DNA of 64,000 nt from Candidatus Nomurabacteria bacterium GW2011_GWE1_32_28 (GCA_000989515.1 LBOM01000003.1:111833-175832), one strand, 5' to 3'. Positions 29,991 through 40,711 are shown, counted from the stretch's first letter. Made by a program: numbers and translations. Notes: generated from the sequence alone by a model not told the origin.

Positions 29991-30716
29991 TTACTCTATG
30001 GGCATTCTATAAGGGTCAACTCGTGTAAGTTCAGGTTTATTTCTTTCAGAAATTTTAGTAACATTTGGAATTGAATGATTCGTCTCAACTGTTGGAATAT
30101 TAAAAGATCCTGAAAGTTTTTGTGACAATAATGAAGGTGTATCTTTCTTTTTTTCTTCTAAATTTGTAATTGGTAATTGACCATTCGTAATTGATTTATC
30201 TTTTCCATCTGTTATTTCTAATTCGAAATTTGTAATTCCTAATTGTTTTTTATCTTTATCTTCATTCGTAATTCGTAATTCGTAATTGTTAATTGATTGT
30301 GTGTTTTCAATATGTTTTAACATTTCCTCCCTGCTTTCTATTAAATTTTCATTTATGTTTTCTGTGTTTTTGTTAGTTTTTTTATTTTTTTCAACACGCA
30401 TTACAAGTTCTTCGCGGATTTTTCTAAAAACTTTTTCGTTTATTTCATTTACTAGTTCATCTATTTGAGCTTTTGGTAGATTCATTCTAGTCTCCAATTC
30501 TTTTGGATAGTTTTCTGTATTAGTGAGCCCACAAAGCAATAATTCTGTTTCAATTTCAAGATTTTCTAGTTGTTCAAAGCTATATCCTTTTTCTTCTCGC
30601 ATTTTTATTATTATTGATTTCCAATCAACTGCATCAATAGCTTCTATCGTTTCTTTTGGCAATTCTTCTCTAGCTTTATTTATTTTTATTTGTAGCAAAT
30701 CTATTGTTGTATTCAT
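29991..30716 (-). CDS. Hypothetical helical protein with C-terminal DPYR motif
   Basis: Ends DPYRMPIE; linker at 30161-30296 is built from heptamer repeats. Confidence 0.75.
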   Translation of the reverse strand: MNTTIDLLQIKINKAREELPKETIEAIDAVDWKSIIIKMREEKGYSFEQLENLEIETELLLCGLTNTENYPKELETRMNLPKAQIDELVNEINEKVFRKIREELVMRVEKNKKTNKNTENINENLIESREEMLKHIENTQSINNYELRITNEDKDKKQLGITNFELEITDGKDKSITNGQLPITNLEEKKKDTPSLLSQKLSGSFNIPTVETNHSIPNVTKISERNKPELTRVDPYRMPIE

Positions 30717-30740
30717 AATGTTTATTATATATTAATTATT

Positions 30741-33272
30741 TTATTTTTTTTCTTCTTTTATCCCTGAAAGAATTTTATTAGATGCTTCTCTTTCACCAGC
30801 AAATGAATGTTGCCCACCGGACATTATGAAACTAATAGTTTGTGCCACAGGAGTTAGGTTTGACTTAGCAAAATTTTCTCTTCTTGTTCTGTTTTCTGAA
30901 ATAATTAAGTTTTCAGCTATTTTTAGTGCTTTTTCAGCATCCTTTATAGGTCTTTCAGCAGTCTTGAGATTAGTTTTTGCTTCATCTAAACCTCCTACAC
31001 CAGAAGTAAGGTTGTCTCTTATATTAACTTTAGCAGTTCTATTGGCTCTAGCGGTATCTGCTTCGGTGCTTGCAGCACCAAACTTGTCTATTGTATCTTT
31101 TAATTCTCTTTCAGCTTTTATAACTTCTCTATCTGCTAAAGCAACATCTTTTTCTCTGTCTGCTATATCTTTTGTATATTGTGTTATATTAGCTTGGGTT
31201 GTTAAATCAGATTTTGCTTTATCAAGATCATTTTGTTTAGCGTGTACATCTTGTTTTAGTGTTTCATCTTCACCAACTTCTAATTCTTTTGCTCTCTTTT
31301 GTCTCTTTTCTACTTGGTCTGCTCGTCTCTTTACAAAACCACCCTCATTTTGTTTACCAAAAGTATTTACCTTAAGTCCTGTTGAAGCTAAATCTTTACC
31401 AGCAATTTTAATTCCACGAGCATCAAAACTTCCACTGCCAGTAAATTTACTAAAGCTTCTAAGTTGTTTAGCACCAAAAACTCCTCTAGCTTCTGCTGAT
31501 TTTAGTGTAGCTGAGTTTGCCATTGCAGCACCAGCTCTACCAAGTGTTGCTCTTCCTGCCATTGCCATTCCACCCGTAGCAGCACCGAGAGCTACGCCAC
31601 CTATCATTTTTGCTCCAGTCATTACAGCCTTCCCCATTTCACCAGAATATTTTACTACTAGTGACTTTGACTTTGTTAGGAGCATCATAAGTATAATAAA
31701 AGGTATTGTTATGCTCATCACATGCTGCATTGCATTCTGCCAAGAACTCATATCTGGATTATCTGCATATTTTACGACACTAGTAAGAAAACCAGTAAAC
31801 ATTACTATTATATAAAGCATAAAAGTGAATAGTGGTGCGAGGAATGCATTTTTTAGTAGATCATCCCACCATTCTTTGTGTCCAAAACCAGGAATATCAA
31901 AAGGTACTGTATATGAAACAAAAGCAAGTGGAGAGAATATCATAGAAATCCAAAGTGAAACAACTCTAGCCACAAAAAGAATAGCAATAGAGAAAAATAT
32001 ATATGCAGCATAGAGAGTGATGGCAATAAGTAAAAGTACTATAAAAATAGCATAACCCAATCCAAGGCCAGCGTTGTATGCATCTGAGACAATAGACTGA
32101 GGATTAAATTTACTAATTAGCCCTACTGAGATGGACTTTTGTCCACCAGCTTCAGCTTCAGATGTGTTTCCTTTTGTATCTTTTGAAACTATATTATTAT
32201 AAAATATTTTTGCCAGGATGTTTGATCCATCTATGACGATTTTTGTAGTGAATAAACTGAAATTTATAATTAGAGCTATTATAACAACGTATCCAATTAA
32301 TTTTTTATTATCTGTGACATTTAGATTAAGTATTGTCTTTATAGCCACGTAAAGAAGAGCAACTATGAAGAATATATTTGCTACATCTCTCACAGCACTC
32401 CATGCTTTTTCAATAAATATATTGCTATAAGAGGAGCTATTTGTTGCATAATAAACAAAAAAATCTAAAAAAGATCCTGCTAACATACCAACAAAAAAAG
32501 ATGCTTTCCAAATATAGTTAAATCCTTCTAAAATACAACCTCCAACGTTAACTGGATAAACAAAACTACAATTAAAACTTTCTGTTACATCTGTTCCAGT
32601 ATTACTGTATGAGTTTGATGTATCTGTAAAATTATTTTTTTCATCAGTAGGATTATATGCAGTTGTTGTGAATTCTTGTGATTTTATTATATCCTCATTA
32701 GTAAAATCAACCCAGTTCCAAATACTTTGTTTGGTTCCTGTCCCTTCATAAACCTCGAGTGATAATATATATGTAGTATTTGGTTTAAATGGAAATTTAT
32801 CTGTTCCAGTTTGTAAGTTTATGATTTCATTACTTGATGTACCCAACAAAAAAGGCAAAGCTAGTTCTCTCCAAGATAGACATTTTGGATCGTTTGGGTC
32901 ACTTTTTTCTTTATAACATATAAAGACTCCTTCTTGAGATATATTTTCTATTGCACCCTCTATTAAAAGGTAAGCATCATATATTGGTACTTTATTAGTA
33001 TCAATTTCACGTTGTGTATTAAATTCTTTATCATTAGTATCTTCGCTAATAATAACGCCTGCACTAAAGTTTACTGAGTTAGAACTTATAGAATTAATTT
33101 TTATATAAGAATTTTTATCTAAATATTCTGCTATATTTATTGCTTCAGCTTTTTTTATTTCTATTCCGAGGGTTAAATATTTATCACTTATTTTAATGTT
33201 TAAAGAAATAGGCACTATAAAAATAGCTACCATGACTATCGATATTAGAATTTTTGATAAATATTTTTGCAT
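30741..33272 (-). CDS. VirB6/TrbL-like polytopic membrane protein
   Basis: W..VRDVAN.FF, ALIINFS, SPLAF; multiple TM helices and a Gly/Ala-rich coiled tail. Confidence 0.78.
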   Translation of the reverse strand: MQKYLSKILISIVMVAIFIVPISLNIKISDKYLTLGIEIKKAEAINIAEYLDKNSYIKINSISSNSVNFSAGVIISEDTNDKEFNTQREIDTNKVPIYDAYLLIEGAIENISQEGVFICYKEKSDPNDPKCLSWRELALPFLLGTSSNEIINLQTGTDKFPFKPNTTYILSLEVYEGTGTKQSIWNWVDFTNEDIIKSQEFTTTAYNPTDEKNNFTDTSNSYSNTGTDVTESFNCSFVYPVNVGGCILEGFNYIWKASFFVGMLAGSFLDFFVYYATNSSSYSNIFIEKAWSAVRDVANIFFIVALLYVAIKTILNLNVTDNKKLIGYVVIIALIINFSLFTTKIVIDGSNILAKIFYNNIVSKDTKGNTSEAEAGGQKSISVGLISKFNPQSIVSDAYNAGLGLGYAIFIVLLLIAITLYAAYIFFSIAILFVARVVSLWISMIFSPLAFVSYTVPFDIPGFGHKEWWDDLLKNAFLAPLFTFMLYIIVMFTGFLTSVVKYADNPDMSSWQNAMQHVMSITIPFIILMMLLTKSKSLVVKYSGEMGKAVMTGAKMIGGVALGAATGGMAMAGRATLGRAGAAMANSATLKSAEARGVFGAKQLRSFSKFTGSGSFDARGIKIAGKDLASTGLKVNTFGKQNEGGFVKRRADQVEKRQKRAKELEVGEDETLKQDVHAKQNDLDKAKSDLTTQANITQYTKDIADREKDVALADREVIKAERELKDTIDKFGAASTEADTARANRTAKVNIRDNLTSGVGGLDEAKTNLKTAERPIKDAEKALKIAENLIISENRTRRENFAKSNLTPVAQTISFIMSGGQHSFAGEREASNKILSGIKEEKK

Positions 33273-33308
33273 TTTGTTTCTAACTTTTTTCCTTCTCTAT
33301 TTATTTAC

Positions 33309-33359
33309 TTTCTGTATTTTAAATTCGTAATTCGTAATTGTTAATTCGTAATTGACTTA
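33309..33359 (-). repeat. 51-bp direct repeat, copy 1 (heptamer junction element)
   Basis: Identical to 34235-34285. Confidence 0.95.
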
Positions 33360-34183
33360 CCTTTTTTCTTCTCCAAGAAGTTATCTTTTGTAACCACTGA
33401 ATGTCCTAACCTTTTTTCTAATTTTTTACGTGCTCCACCAGCTATATTTCCTCCTGCTTTTGCATCAGATTTTAATTTTGAAATTCCTTTGGAATGCTCT
33501 TTCTTGTGTATTTCTGTCGTTGCTGTTTCAGCAAGCATATTTAACACAAGTTCAAGATTCGTCATATTATCTCTCAGACTTTGTTTTTTTAATTCTTTAA
33601 GATTTTTATATTCTTTTGTCGTGAGTCCTGCCCAAGCCTTCGTGATCTCATCTGTTAGTATAGCAAATTCTTTGCCTTCCTTTACTCCACGGTTTTCCCA
33701 TTCATCAGTTAATGATTTTCGGATTTCAATACTTTTTAATCTTTGATTTATCCAGTTTTGACTATATCCTTTTTGTAGATATGTTTTTAACGCACGATTT
33801 ATAGAAAGCTCTGGGTCTGCTGTTTCTTCTAATCTCTCATAGCCTACACGAGCAAGCCAGAGTTTAAATGGTTCAGCTTTTGGTGATGGAATAGATTGAA
33901 TTAAACGGAACATTACTTCTGTGTCAGCTACATCAGTAATATAATATTTACCATCTGATGCTTGCATTTTCAGATGGTGACATTTTGTCACCATCTCACT
34001 ACCTTCGTCACGAAGTCTTTGAGCTAGCTTGTTCCAGTATTTTCTTGCATCAATACTTTCTGTTAAAACTTTAACTACATCAACAACCGAAAAATACCAT
34101 AATTCTTTTTCAGCATCCCAGTGTCTGCGAATTTCTTTGTTGTCAAAAATTGCTATTTTATTTTTTGTATTTTTCTTTTGCAT
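33341..34183 (-). CDS. Bro-N domain (phage antirepressor-like) protein
   Basis: WYFSVVDVV, RLIQSIPSPKAEPFKLWLA, LRDNMT. Confidence 0.9.
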   Translation of the reverse strand: MQKKNTKNKIAIFDNKEIRRHWDAEKELWYFSVVDVVKVLTESIDARKYWNKLAQRLRDEGSEMVTKCHHLKMQASDGKYYITDVADTEVMFRLIQSIPSPKAEPFKLWLARVGYERLEETADPELSINRALKTYLQKGYSQNWINQRLKSIEIRKSLTDEWENRGVKEGKEFAILTDEITKAWAGLTTKEYKNLKELKKQSLRDNMTNLELVLNMLAETATTEIHKKEHSKGISKLKSDAKAGGNIAGGARKKLEKRLGHSVVTKDNFLEKKKGKSITN

Positions 34184-34234
34184 TTTACTTTCTAACTTTA
34201 TAAACTTTATGACTTTCTACTCTCTCCTGTTCTT

Positions 34235-34285
34235 TTTCTGTATTTTAAATTCGTAATTCGTAATTGTTAATTCGTAATTGACTTA
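34235..34285 (-). repeat. 51-bp direct repeat, copy 2
   Basis: TTTCTGTATTTTAAATTCGTAATTCGTAATTGTTAATTCGTAATTGACTTA. Confidence 0.95.
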
Positions 34286-36712
34286 TCGTTTTTTGAAGTA
34301 GTATTCGTAATCAGAAGCATCTTTGAGTATCGTAGATGTGTTTCTTATGTCTATAATCTTATCATAATAATATTCATACACTGTTAATTTATTTCCAATG
34401 AGCTGGAGCTGATATGCTGCCACGTCTGGTTCACTTACACGTATTTCTCTACCGTCTTCAGTGACATAACCAAACATCCTTGCAATTTGATCTGATAGAT
34501 ACCATGCAAAATTTTGTAAATCTGTGCCTTCTTCATAGCCATATAATTTAGCGAATTCTTTGTCTGCCATTATTTGTCTTGTAAAAACTGTTTCTATTCC
34601 TTCATGATATCGCACAACATCACCTTCTCGTGGAGTCACTTTTTGTCCCAATGTAAGAGGTGTTGTATTTATTATACCAGTATTGTTTGTATTATTATTT
34701 CCAGTATTGTTTGTATTGTTGCCGGTTACTCCAGGGATCCAAACACCAGCTACCCATGTTCCAGGAGTCCAAGCATCGTCTACCCAAGATACTGGAGTCC
34801 AAGCACCATCCATCCAAGCTGTAGGAATCCATGTATTGTTTTCCCAAATCTCAGCAATCCATGTACCATTTTCCCAAGATCCATTAGTCCATCCATCGTC
34901 TCCAGTCCAGTCTGTGTCTCCGTTGGTATCAACATAAATATATGCATTGCCACTTGCTGTTCCCTTGTCTCCATTACAAGATACAGAAAAAGATGTTGAA
35001 GATGCAGGACGAACTCTTTGTTGTCCATTTAGACCAACAGAGATTCCATCAAATTTACAAGAAGTAGTGTTTTCAGATGACCAAGTTATCGTTGCTGGGC
35101 CATCTTTTTCTGATAGATAATAAGAGTCTGCTGTTACTCTGACCTTGGGTAATGATTTATAATAATCATCTTCGCCATCTCCACCCTCTCCTTCTCCGCT
35201 AGTATTAACATAAACATATGCATTAGCACTTGCTGTTCCGTTAGGGCCACTACATGTTATTGAATAAGAAGTAGATGATGTAGGTTGAACAATCGCTGGT
35301 TTTCCTGCGCTATTTGTTGCTACTGTATTTTTTACTTCTTTATCTCCAAAAGAACAGGAAGTGGTGTTTGTTGATGTCCAATTTATTGTTGAAGAATCAC
35401 CAGGAGAAATTGTATAAGGATTTGCTGAAAGGATTACTGTAGGGAAAATATTATTATAGATACAAAAAGTTTTTGATTCATTTAAAATATATGGAGGAGT
35501 ACATGTAGGAGTATATCCATAACTATCACACGTAGGATAATTAATAGCACCATTTGTACAATAATCCCAACCAGTACCATTATCACTTCCATCACCCCAA
35601 TTAGAGCCATCGTCTCCTCCATAAGGAGTATTCTTCGGTGCAGCTTTTGTTGTGAAACTAAAAGTAGAACCAGTAATTTTTACAGTATCTTCTCCTGTCG
35701 CCATAAAAATATATTTTGTAGATGGTCTTAATCCTGATAATGAAAAACTTATATTTCCATAAATATTACTACGGTTACCTATGGTGTAAGATTTTTCTCC
35801 GACATCCTTCCAAGAGGGAGCTACTTCTTTAAATGCATATATTTCAGTATATGGTCTATCTTCTTTATATCGGAAATAAGTTTTTAGGTCCTTAACGGAA
35901 TTATAAGAACCATTTAATTTTGCGGACGTTGAAGTTATTTGTGTCGCATCTTTTGTTTCAATTATTGTTTTTAATGGGGCTGTGCGGAAGTCTTTTACTA
36001 TACTGTCTCCACCATAGGCTATATTATTCTTATTAGAAATAATTGCACAATAATAATAAGTAGTATCTGGTATTAAGTTTTCAATTTCTTGAGAAAAAGT
36101 CTGTTCTCCTGTAATTAATTTTAAAAATAAATCTTTTGTTGATTTCATTTTTGTTCCATAGATATCATTACAAAAAATAGGGGCTATTTTTTCTTTTGAA
36201 TATCTAAAATATGCAGTAATTGGGAGTGTTGGATTTGTAGTAGTATAGCCACCCTTTCCCCATAATCTTGCGGTAGTTTGTGTTACCTCATCTGCACCTA
36301 TTGTTTGTATGGAGAGCTTAGAAGTATCTGAAGGAGAAGATACTGGTATATTTTTTACATTTATTGTTATTGTTCTTGGTCCTACTTCTACTTCTGTATT
36401 TCTTTCTTCGTCATACCCATAACAATTAAGTGTGTATACACTTTCTTTTTCATTTGGGGTAACTACTAAATTTCCACTTCCACTTAATGACGACGTATCA
36501 TTTATTTTACAAGATGTTGAATAGTCAGATGAAGACGAAGACCAAGAAAGAGTGACTGACTCTCCATTGTTTATTGAGTAAGAAGAAGCTACAAAGTTAT
36601 TTATATAAAGAAAAAAGGTGTTGTATTCTTGTTGTGCAGAAACATTGTTTATATAAAATGCACTTAAAATAAATATGAATATTATTAGAATTTTTAGTAT
36701 GTTTTTTTTCAT
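34283..36712 (-). CDS. Large secreted protein with FN3/Ig-like domains and a Trp pentapeptide repeat
   Basis: Signal peptide; L.PDTTYYY and L.PSTKY FN3 motifs; W every fifth residue near the C-terminus. Confidence 0.8.
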   Translation of the reverse strand: MKKNILKILIIFIFILSAFYINNVSAQQEYNTFFLYINNFVASSYSINNGESVTLSWSSSSSDYSTSCKINDTSSLSGSGNLVVTPNEKESVYTLNCYGYDEERNTEVEVGPRTITINVKNIPVSSPSDTSKLSIQTIGADEVTQTTARLWGKGGYTTTNPTLPITAYFRYSKEKIAPIFCNDIYGTKMKSTKDLFLKLITGEQTFSQEIENLIPDTTYYYCAIISNKNNIAYGGDSIVKDFRTAPLKTIIETKDATQITSTSAKLNGSYNSVKDLKTYFRYKEDRPYTEIYAFKEVAPSWKDVGEKSYTIGNRSNIYGNISFSLSGLRPSTKYIFMATGEDTVKITGSTFSFTTKAAPKNTPYGGDDGSNWGDGSDNGTGWDYCTNGAINYPTCDSYGYTPTCTPPYILNESKTFCIYNNIFPTVILSANPYTISPGDSSTINWTSTNTTSCSFGDKEVKNTVATNSAGKPAIVQPTSSTSYSITCSGPNGTASANAYVYVNTSGEGEGGDGEDDYYKSLPKVRVTADSYYLSEKDGPATITWSSENTTSCKFDGISVGLNGQQRVRPASSTSFSVSCNGDKGTASGNAYIYVDTNGDTDWTGDDGWTNGSWENGTWIAEIWENNTWIPTAWMDGAWTPVSWVDDAWTPGTWVAGVWIPGVTGNNTNNTGNNNTNNTGIINTTPLTLGQKVTPREGDVVRYHEGIETVFTRQIMADKEFAKLYGYEEGTDLQNFAWYLSDQIARMFGYVTEDGREIRVSEPDVAAYQLQLIGNKLTVYEYYYDKIIDIRNTSTILKDASDYEYYFKKR

Positions 36713-36735
36713 TTTTTGTTTGAGATTCTTTCTGT

Positions 36736-39639
36736 TTAATAAATTCCTATAATACTTTCAAATTGACCACTTTGGTATTTGCCATATATATTTGTTCCTA
36801 AGGCTCTTTTTATATTACCCCTAAATGCTTCTTCTTCATCATTTCCAGTAGACCCTTTTCCATCGTGTATTTTTAATGGTATCAAATCACCAATTAGTAG
36901 TCTGTCAGGGAAATCAGAAAAATTACTACCTTGGAACAATACAAAGCTTAAGAATCCTGGGCCCAGTTTATCATTTGTTTCAACCTCAGTCGTTTCTGGC
37001 ATTTTATTTTTAAAACCTACTTCTCCTTCTTTTGTCCAAGGATCTGGTATATCACTTCCATTTTCATAAAGATTATAATCGTAGAGTATAGGGAAAGGAT
37101 ATGTCATTCTCTTTACAGATAGGACGTTGTATCCAATCCATGGAGTTTTGCTTACTATTTCTTTCGTTTCTTCTCTTGATGGGGTGGCGTATCTGTCTGC
37201 GCTATAGGTGTAGGTTTTGTAGTCTTTTGAGATTGTAAATCCTTTTTGTTCTGATTCCGCAAGAGATTTTTCACAACCGTAAGGTCCTTTTAGTAGGTTT
37301 TTATATATATCATCTTTTTTATCTTTGATTTGTTGTAATAGATCGTCTGCACTCGCTATGTCATTTCCATTTACCATATTCATAGACAGTCTACCAAAAG
37401 TATCTATTTGTAGTTTTAATTCATTTTCATAATTTTCTCCACCATCTGGATATTTCTTGTTTAAGTTGTTTACTTCTTCTTTTATTTGACCTAATATATT
37501 TACGATACTTTTTATTTGAACTATTTTATCTTCATTGTTTTTTACCATCTGCCCATAGCCAGTTAATCGATTGAAATTTAATGCTGCTGCTTTTGCAGCT
37601 TCAGGTAATAATTCTGATTTATTTGAAAAATATGTATCATTCATAATTTCAATATATCTGTCTAAAATTCGATTTAACACATTTACGACACCTCCCTTGC
37701 TTGAGATGTTGAGTGCAGCTGAACGGTTTGGTGACCCGTAGTCAGCCAGGATACCAGTAAAGGCTTTAATAATTGATGAATAATAAATTCTGACTTTTCT
37801 TGCATCTGCATCTGAATCATCAGAAAATAAGCTTGTGATGTAACCTATTACTACCCCAAGCGCTGCACCTATTATTGTACCTACGATTGGGACTGCTGAT
37901 CCAAGTGTTGCACCGAGAGCCGCACCACCCAACCATCCTGCTATTACTGTCGCACCGACAGCTGCACCAGCCATTGGTAATAGAGATTGTACTAATCCGC
38001 CAACCTTATCTTCACTTATGTTTTTAAGGCTATTTTCTGTTTCTGGTAAAATGGTATCTGTCACAGCGGCCAATACTTTTCTAGAATCATTCTCCCATCC
38101 TGGATGAGGACCTGGTATACAATAATCTAATTGAGATATTAACGGTATGAGTCCATATGCATTAGATTGTCCATACGTGGCCGAGTTTTTATCAGTATTA
38201 ATTGCGTAGTTTTTCCCGTCCGTTGTAGAAAAGAGTTCTTTGTTTTGTTCTTCAAGTTTATCAGAATATGTTCGCTGTTCATCTATTAAGGCTTGTGTGA
38301 GGTCTGTACGAATATCAAAATTTGGATTGGCTTTTAGCCAAGAACTTGAAAGCTGAGATGGCATAAAATCTTTTTCTGTTTTACTTCTATATTTTTCAGT
38401 TGAACCACTTGTATCAAAGACGAGATTTCCATTAGATCCATCATTTCCTATATTTGCAAATCCTTTTTCCATAATATTAGAAGAGAATTGAGCCAAAAGA
38501 GCATCTAATACAGCAGCAACTGAATCATTTAAATCTTCTACATTTAAATAAGAATTATTTGGATAGTCTATGACATTTGTGGCTGCATCGGAAATCATTT
38601 TTCCTGGAGTTACATATTCCCAATTTCCTCCTCTTGCCTTACATGGATCTTCTTCTCCTGCTTCTAGCGCGGCGTCTACATCAGTTTGTGTCATTTTAGA
38701 ATCGACACTGCAACGCATGTCACCCAAGAACCCATTTGCCTGAGACAGTGCTTCGTGTACATTTTCTGCAGTAGATTGTACTGTTCCTTGTAGTCTACTT
38801 TGTATTTCATTATCAGCCATTATTTTAAAACCAATAGGGTTATTTGCTGGAGATTGTGTCATAGCTGTCCATGCGTCCCACCCACCCTGGCTGAAATCTA
38901 GTTGAAAAGTTTTAGCAGAGTATTCTGGATTAGTGTTTTGAATAAGTTCATTAAGGGAATATCGTGCATTGTCTTGGAATTTATTATTGAAAGCTGTAGC
39001 TGTATTTTGCATCCAAGCTTTTCCAAATGGAAATAATTCTGGATTATTTATTTCTGCACCAAATTGTAGTATTTCATTTTTTGCTATGTCATTAAAAAAT
39101 TTTCCAGGATTTTGTATAAATGCAGGACTGCCATCAAAACCACTATTAATCCAATTGACAGTACTCACTGTTAATTTTTGTAAAAGCATTTTGATGATTA
39201 ATCTTCCAATGCTTTGAATACAAGTAGAGTTTGCATTTAATGAAGCAGTACTTGTTTCAATCTTATCTATTTTTGCTTTGATTTCGTTAAGTTTTTCTGT
39301 ATTAGTAGGATCATTGACTTGAATAGATTCAAAATCTGTTGTTAAGGTTTCTGCTTCTTGTTCCAAGAGTCTTTTTTCTATATCAGCATTATGTTCAGCA
39401 TAAAAATCACCAAGTCCGTCTGTAAGTCCACTTCCGATTCCACTAAATAGATCATTTATTCCACTATTTATTATTTCTTGGCATTGTGGCAAGGCGGCGA
39501 TAGCAGGAGCAAGACCACTCGTGTAAGCTCCAAAACTTTGTGCTTCTACTTTCTTAGGCAAAAAACCTAAAGGCATCAAGGTTATACTTAAGACAAGAAT
39601 AAAAGAAATTATTGAATTTTTAAAATTTTTCTGTTGCAT
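36736..39639 (-). CDS. Large exported protein with glycine-zipper segment
   Basis: Signal peptide; WINSGFDGSPAF; GAAVGA...GAALG hydrophobic glycine zipper. Confidence 0.75.
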   Translation of the reverse strand: MQQKNFKNSIISFILVLSITLMPLGFLPKKVEAQSFGAYTSGLAPAIAALPQCQEIINSGINDLFSGIGSGLTDGLGDFYAEHNADIEKRLLEQEAETLTTDFESIQVNDPTNTEKLNEIKAKIDKIETSTASLNANSTCIQSIGRLIIKMLLQKLTVSTVNWINSGFDGSPAFIQNPGKFFNDIAKNEILQFGAEINNPELFPFGKAWMQNTATAFNNKFQDNARYSLNELIQNTNPEYSAKTFQLDFSQGGWDAWTAMTQSPANNPIGFKIMADNEIQSRLQGTVQSTAENVHEALSQANGFLGDMRCSVDSKMTQTDVDAALEAGEEDPCKARGGNWEYVTPGKMISDAATNVIDYPNNSYLNVEDLNDSVAAVLDALLAQFSSNIMEKGFANIGNDGSNGNLVFDTSGSTEKYRSKTEKDFMPSQLSSSWLKANPNFDIRTDLTQALIDEQRTYSDKLEEQNKELFSTTDGKNYAINTDKNSATYGQSNAYGLIPLISQLDYCIPGPHPGWENDSRKVLAAVTDTILPETENSLKNISEDKVGGLVQSLLPMAGAAVGATVIAGWLGGAALGATLGSAVPIVGTIIGAALGVVIGYITSLFSDDSDADARKVRIYYSSIIKAFTGILADYGSPNRSAALNISSKGGVVNVLNRILDRYIEIMNDTYFSNKSELLPEAAKAAALNFNRLTGYGQMVKNNEDKIVQIKSIVNILGQIKEEVNNLNKKYPDGGENYENELKLQIDTFGRLSMNMVNGNDIASADDLLQQIKDKKDDIYKNLLKGPYGCEKSLAESEQKGFTISKDYKTYTYSADRYATPSREETKEIVSKTPWIGYNVLSVKRMTYPFPILYDYNLYENGSDIPDPWTKEGEVGFKNKMPETTEVETNDKLGPGFLSFVLFQGSNFSDFPDRLLIGDLIPLKIHDGKGSTGNDEEEAFRGNIKRALGTNIYGKYQSGQFESIIGIY

Positions 39640-39648
39640 TTTAGTTTA

Positions 39649-39779
39649 CAATTCGTAATTGATTTTATTATATCATTCCTAATTACTAATTTGTAATTAG
39701 TTTCCCACTTTTTTGTATTTTCAATTCGTAATTTGTAATTGACTTCCACTCTTCTTTTTTTTCTAATTCGTAATTGACC
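39649..39779 (-). repeat. Compound heptamer junction elements
   Basis: Four AATTCGT/AATTTGT tracts, several followed by TTCC(C)ACT or GACCT. Confidence 0.8.
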
Positions 39780-39781
39780 TC

Positions 39782-40711
39782 CTATTGTTTTAATAAATAT
39801 TTTTCTAAATCTATTACAGCTTTTATTAGATCTTCACTGTATTTTTGATATTGAGAAAGTCCAGAAAGACCTATGATCGTATCATCTGCAATTTTTTCCA
39901 TATTAGAGACGCTTATTCCAGTATTATTGGAGCTATTTGCTATTTGTAGATGATAGTATTTTAAACTTTTTGGTACATTTGTTTTTATAACTTCTTTCGC
40001 AAAATTCTGATAAGAAATTGCTATTGTTGATAATTCGTTATATTTATCACCGTCATTTGATGTTTTACTTGAAGCAAGTCCGTTGCTTACAATGCTTAGC
40101 TCTCTTCCTATTCCTTCTGTTTGATATTTTTTAAATATTTTTTTTATATTTATGTAATATTCCTCTCTTGAGGTAGTGTCGTCTTTTTCATTTATTTTTA
40201 TATCTATTTCTGAATAACGATCAATCAAATTAGGGTCTATTATTTTTTGTCCCAAAGCATTGGAAAAGCTATCTATCGTATCTTTATCAACTTCCCCCGA
40301 TGATCTCATTGCATTATAACTAGTAAAGAATTGTCTAGCGAATTTTTCAGTTTCTGTTAATTTTGTTTCATTGATGCTTGTTTTTTGTTCTATATTTAAT
40401 TCTTTCTTTTTGTTTTCTATGTATGTTGCATCTGTCATGTCACCGAAAGTTATTTTTGTATTTTTATCTGTACCCCACAAAGCTTCTTCCCAATCAGCTA
40501 TGCCATCACCATCGGTATCATTTTGTATTAATTCTGAAATAGTCTGATTCTCTACTTTAAGTTTGGCTGAACTTTTTTTATTTTCAGTAAGAAAATTCTC
40601 ACCTGAAGATGACATAAAGAAAACTATAAAAACAATTATTCCTAAAATAACAATACCCACTGTTATTAATATAAATTTTTTACTTGGTAGATATTTAAAA
40701 TATTTTTGCAT
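39782..40711 (-). CDS. Membrane-anchored protein with TSP3-like calcium-binding motif
   Basis: N-terminal TM helix; DTDGDGIADWEE..WGTD. Confidence 0.75.
   Translation of the reverse strand: MQKYFKYLPSKKFILITVGIVILGIIVFIVFFMSSSGENFLTENKKSSAKLKVENQTISELIQNDTDGDGIADWEEALWGTDKNTKITFGDMTDATYIENKKKELNIEQKTSINETKLTETEKFARQFFTSYNAMRSSGEVDKDTIDSFSNALGQKIIDPNLIDRYSEIDIKINEKDDTTSREEYYINIKKIFKKYQTEGIGRELSIVSNGLASSKTSNDGDKYNELSTIAISYQNFAKEVIKTNVPKSLKYYHLQIANSSNNTGISVSNMEKIADDTIIGLSGLSQYQKYSEDLIKAVIDLEKYLLKQ

Noticed and set aside
30826-31815. 329-aa plus-strand ORF, and the other short antisense ORFs in the track
   Set aside because: They are shadows of well-supported genes on the opposite strand, with no motifs of their own
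33341-34183. Prophage suggested by Bro-N
   Set aside because: No phage structural, replication or integrase genes nearby
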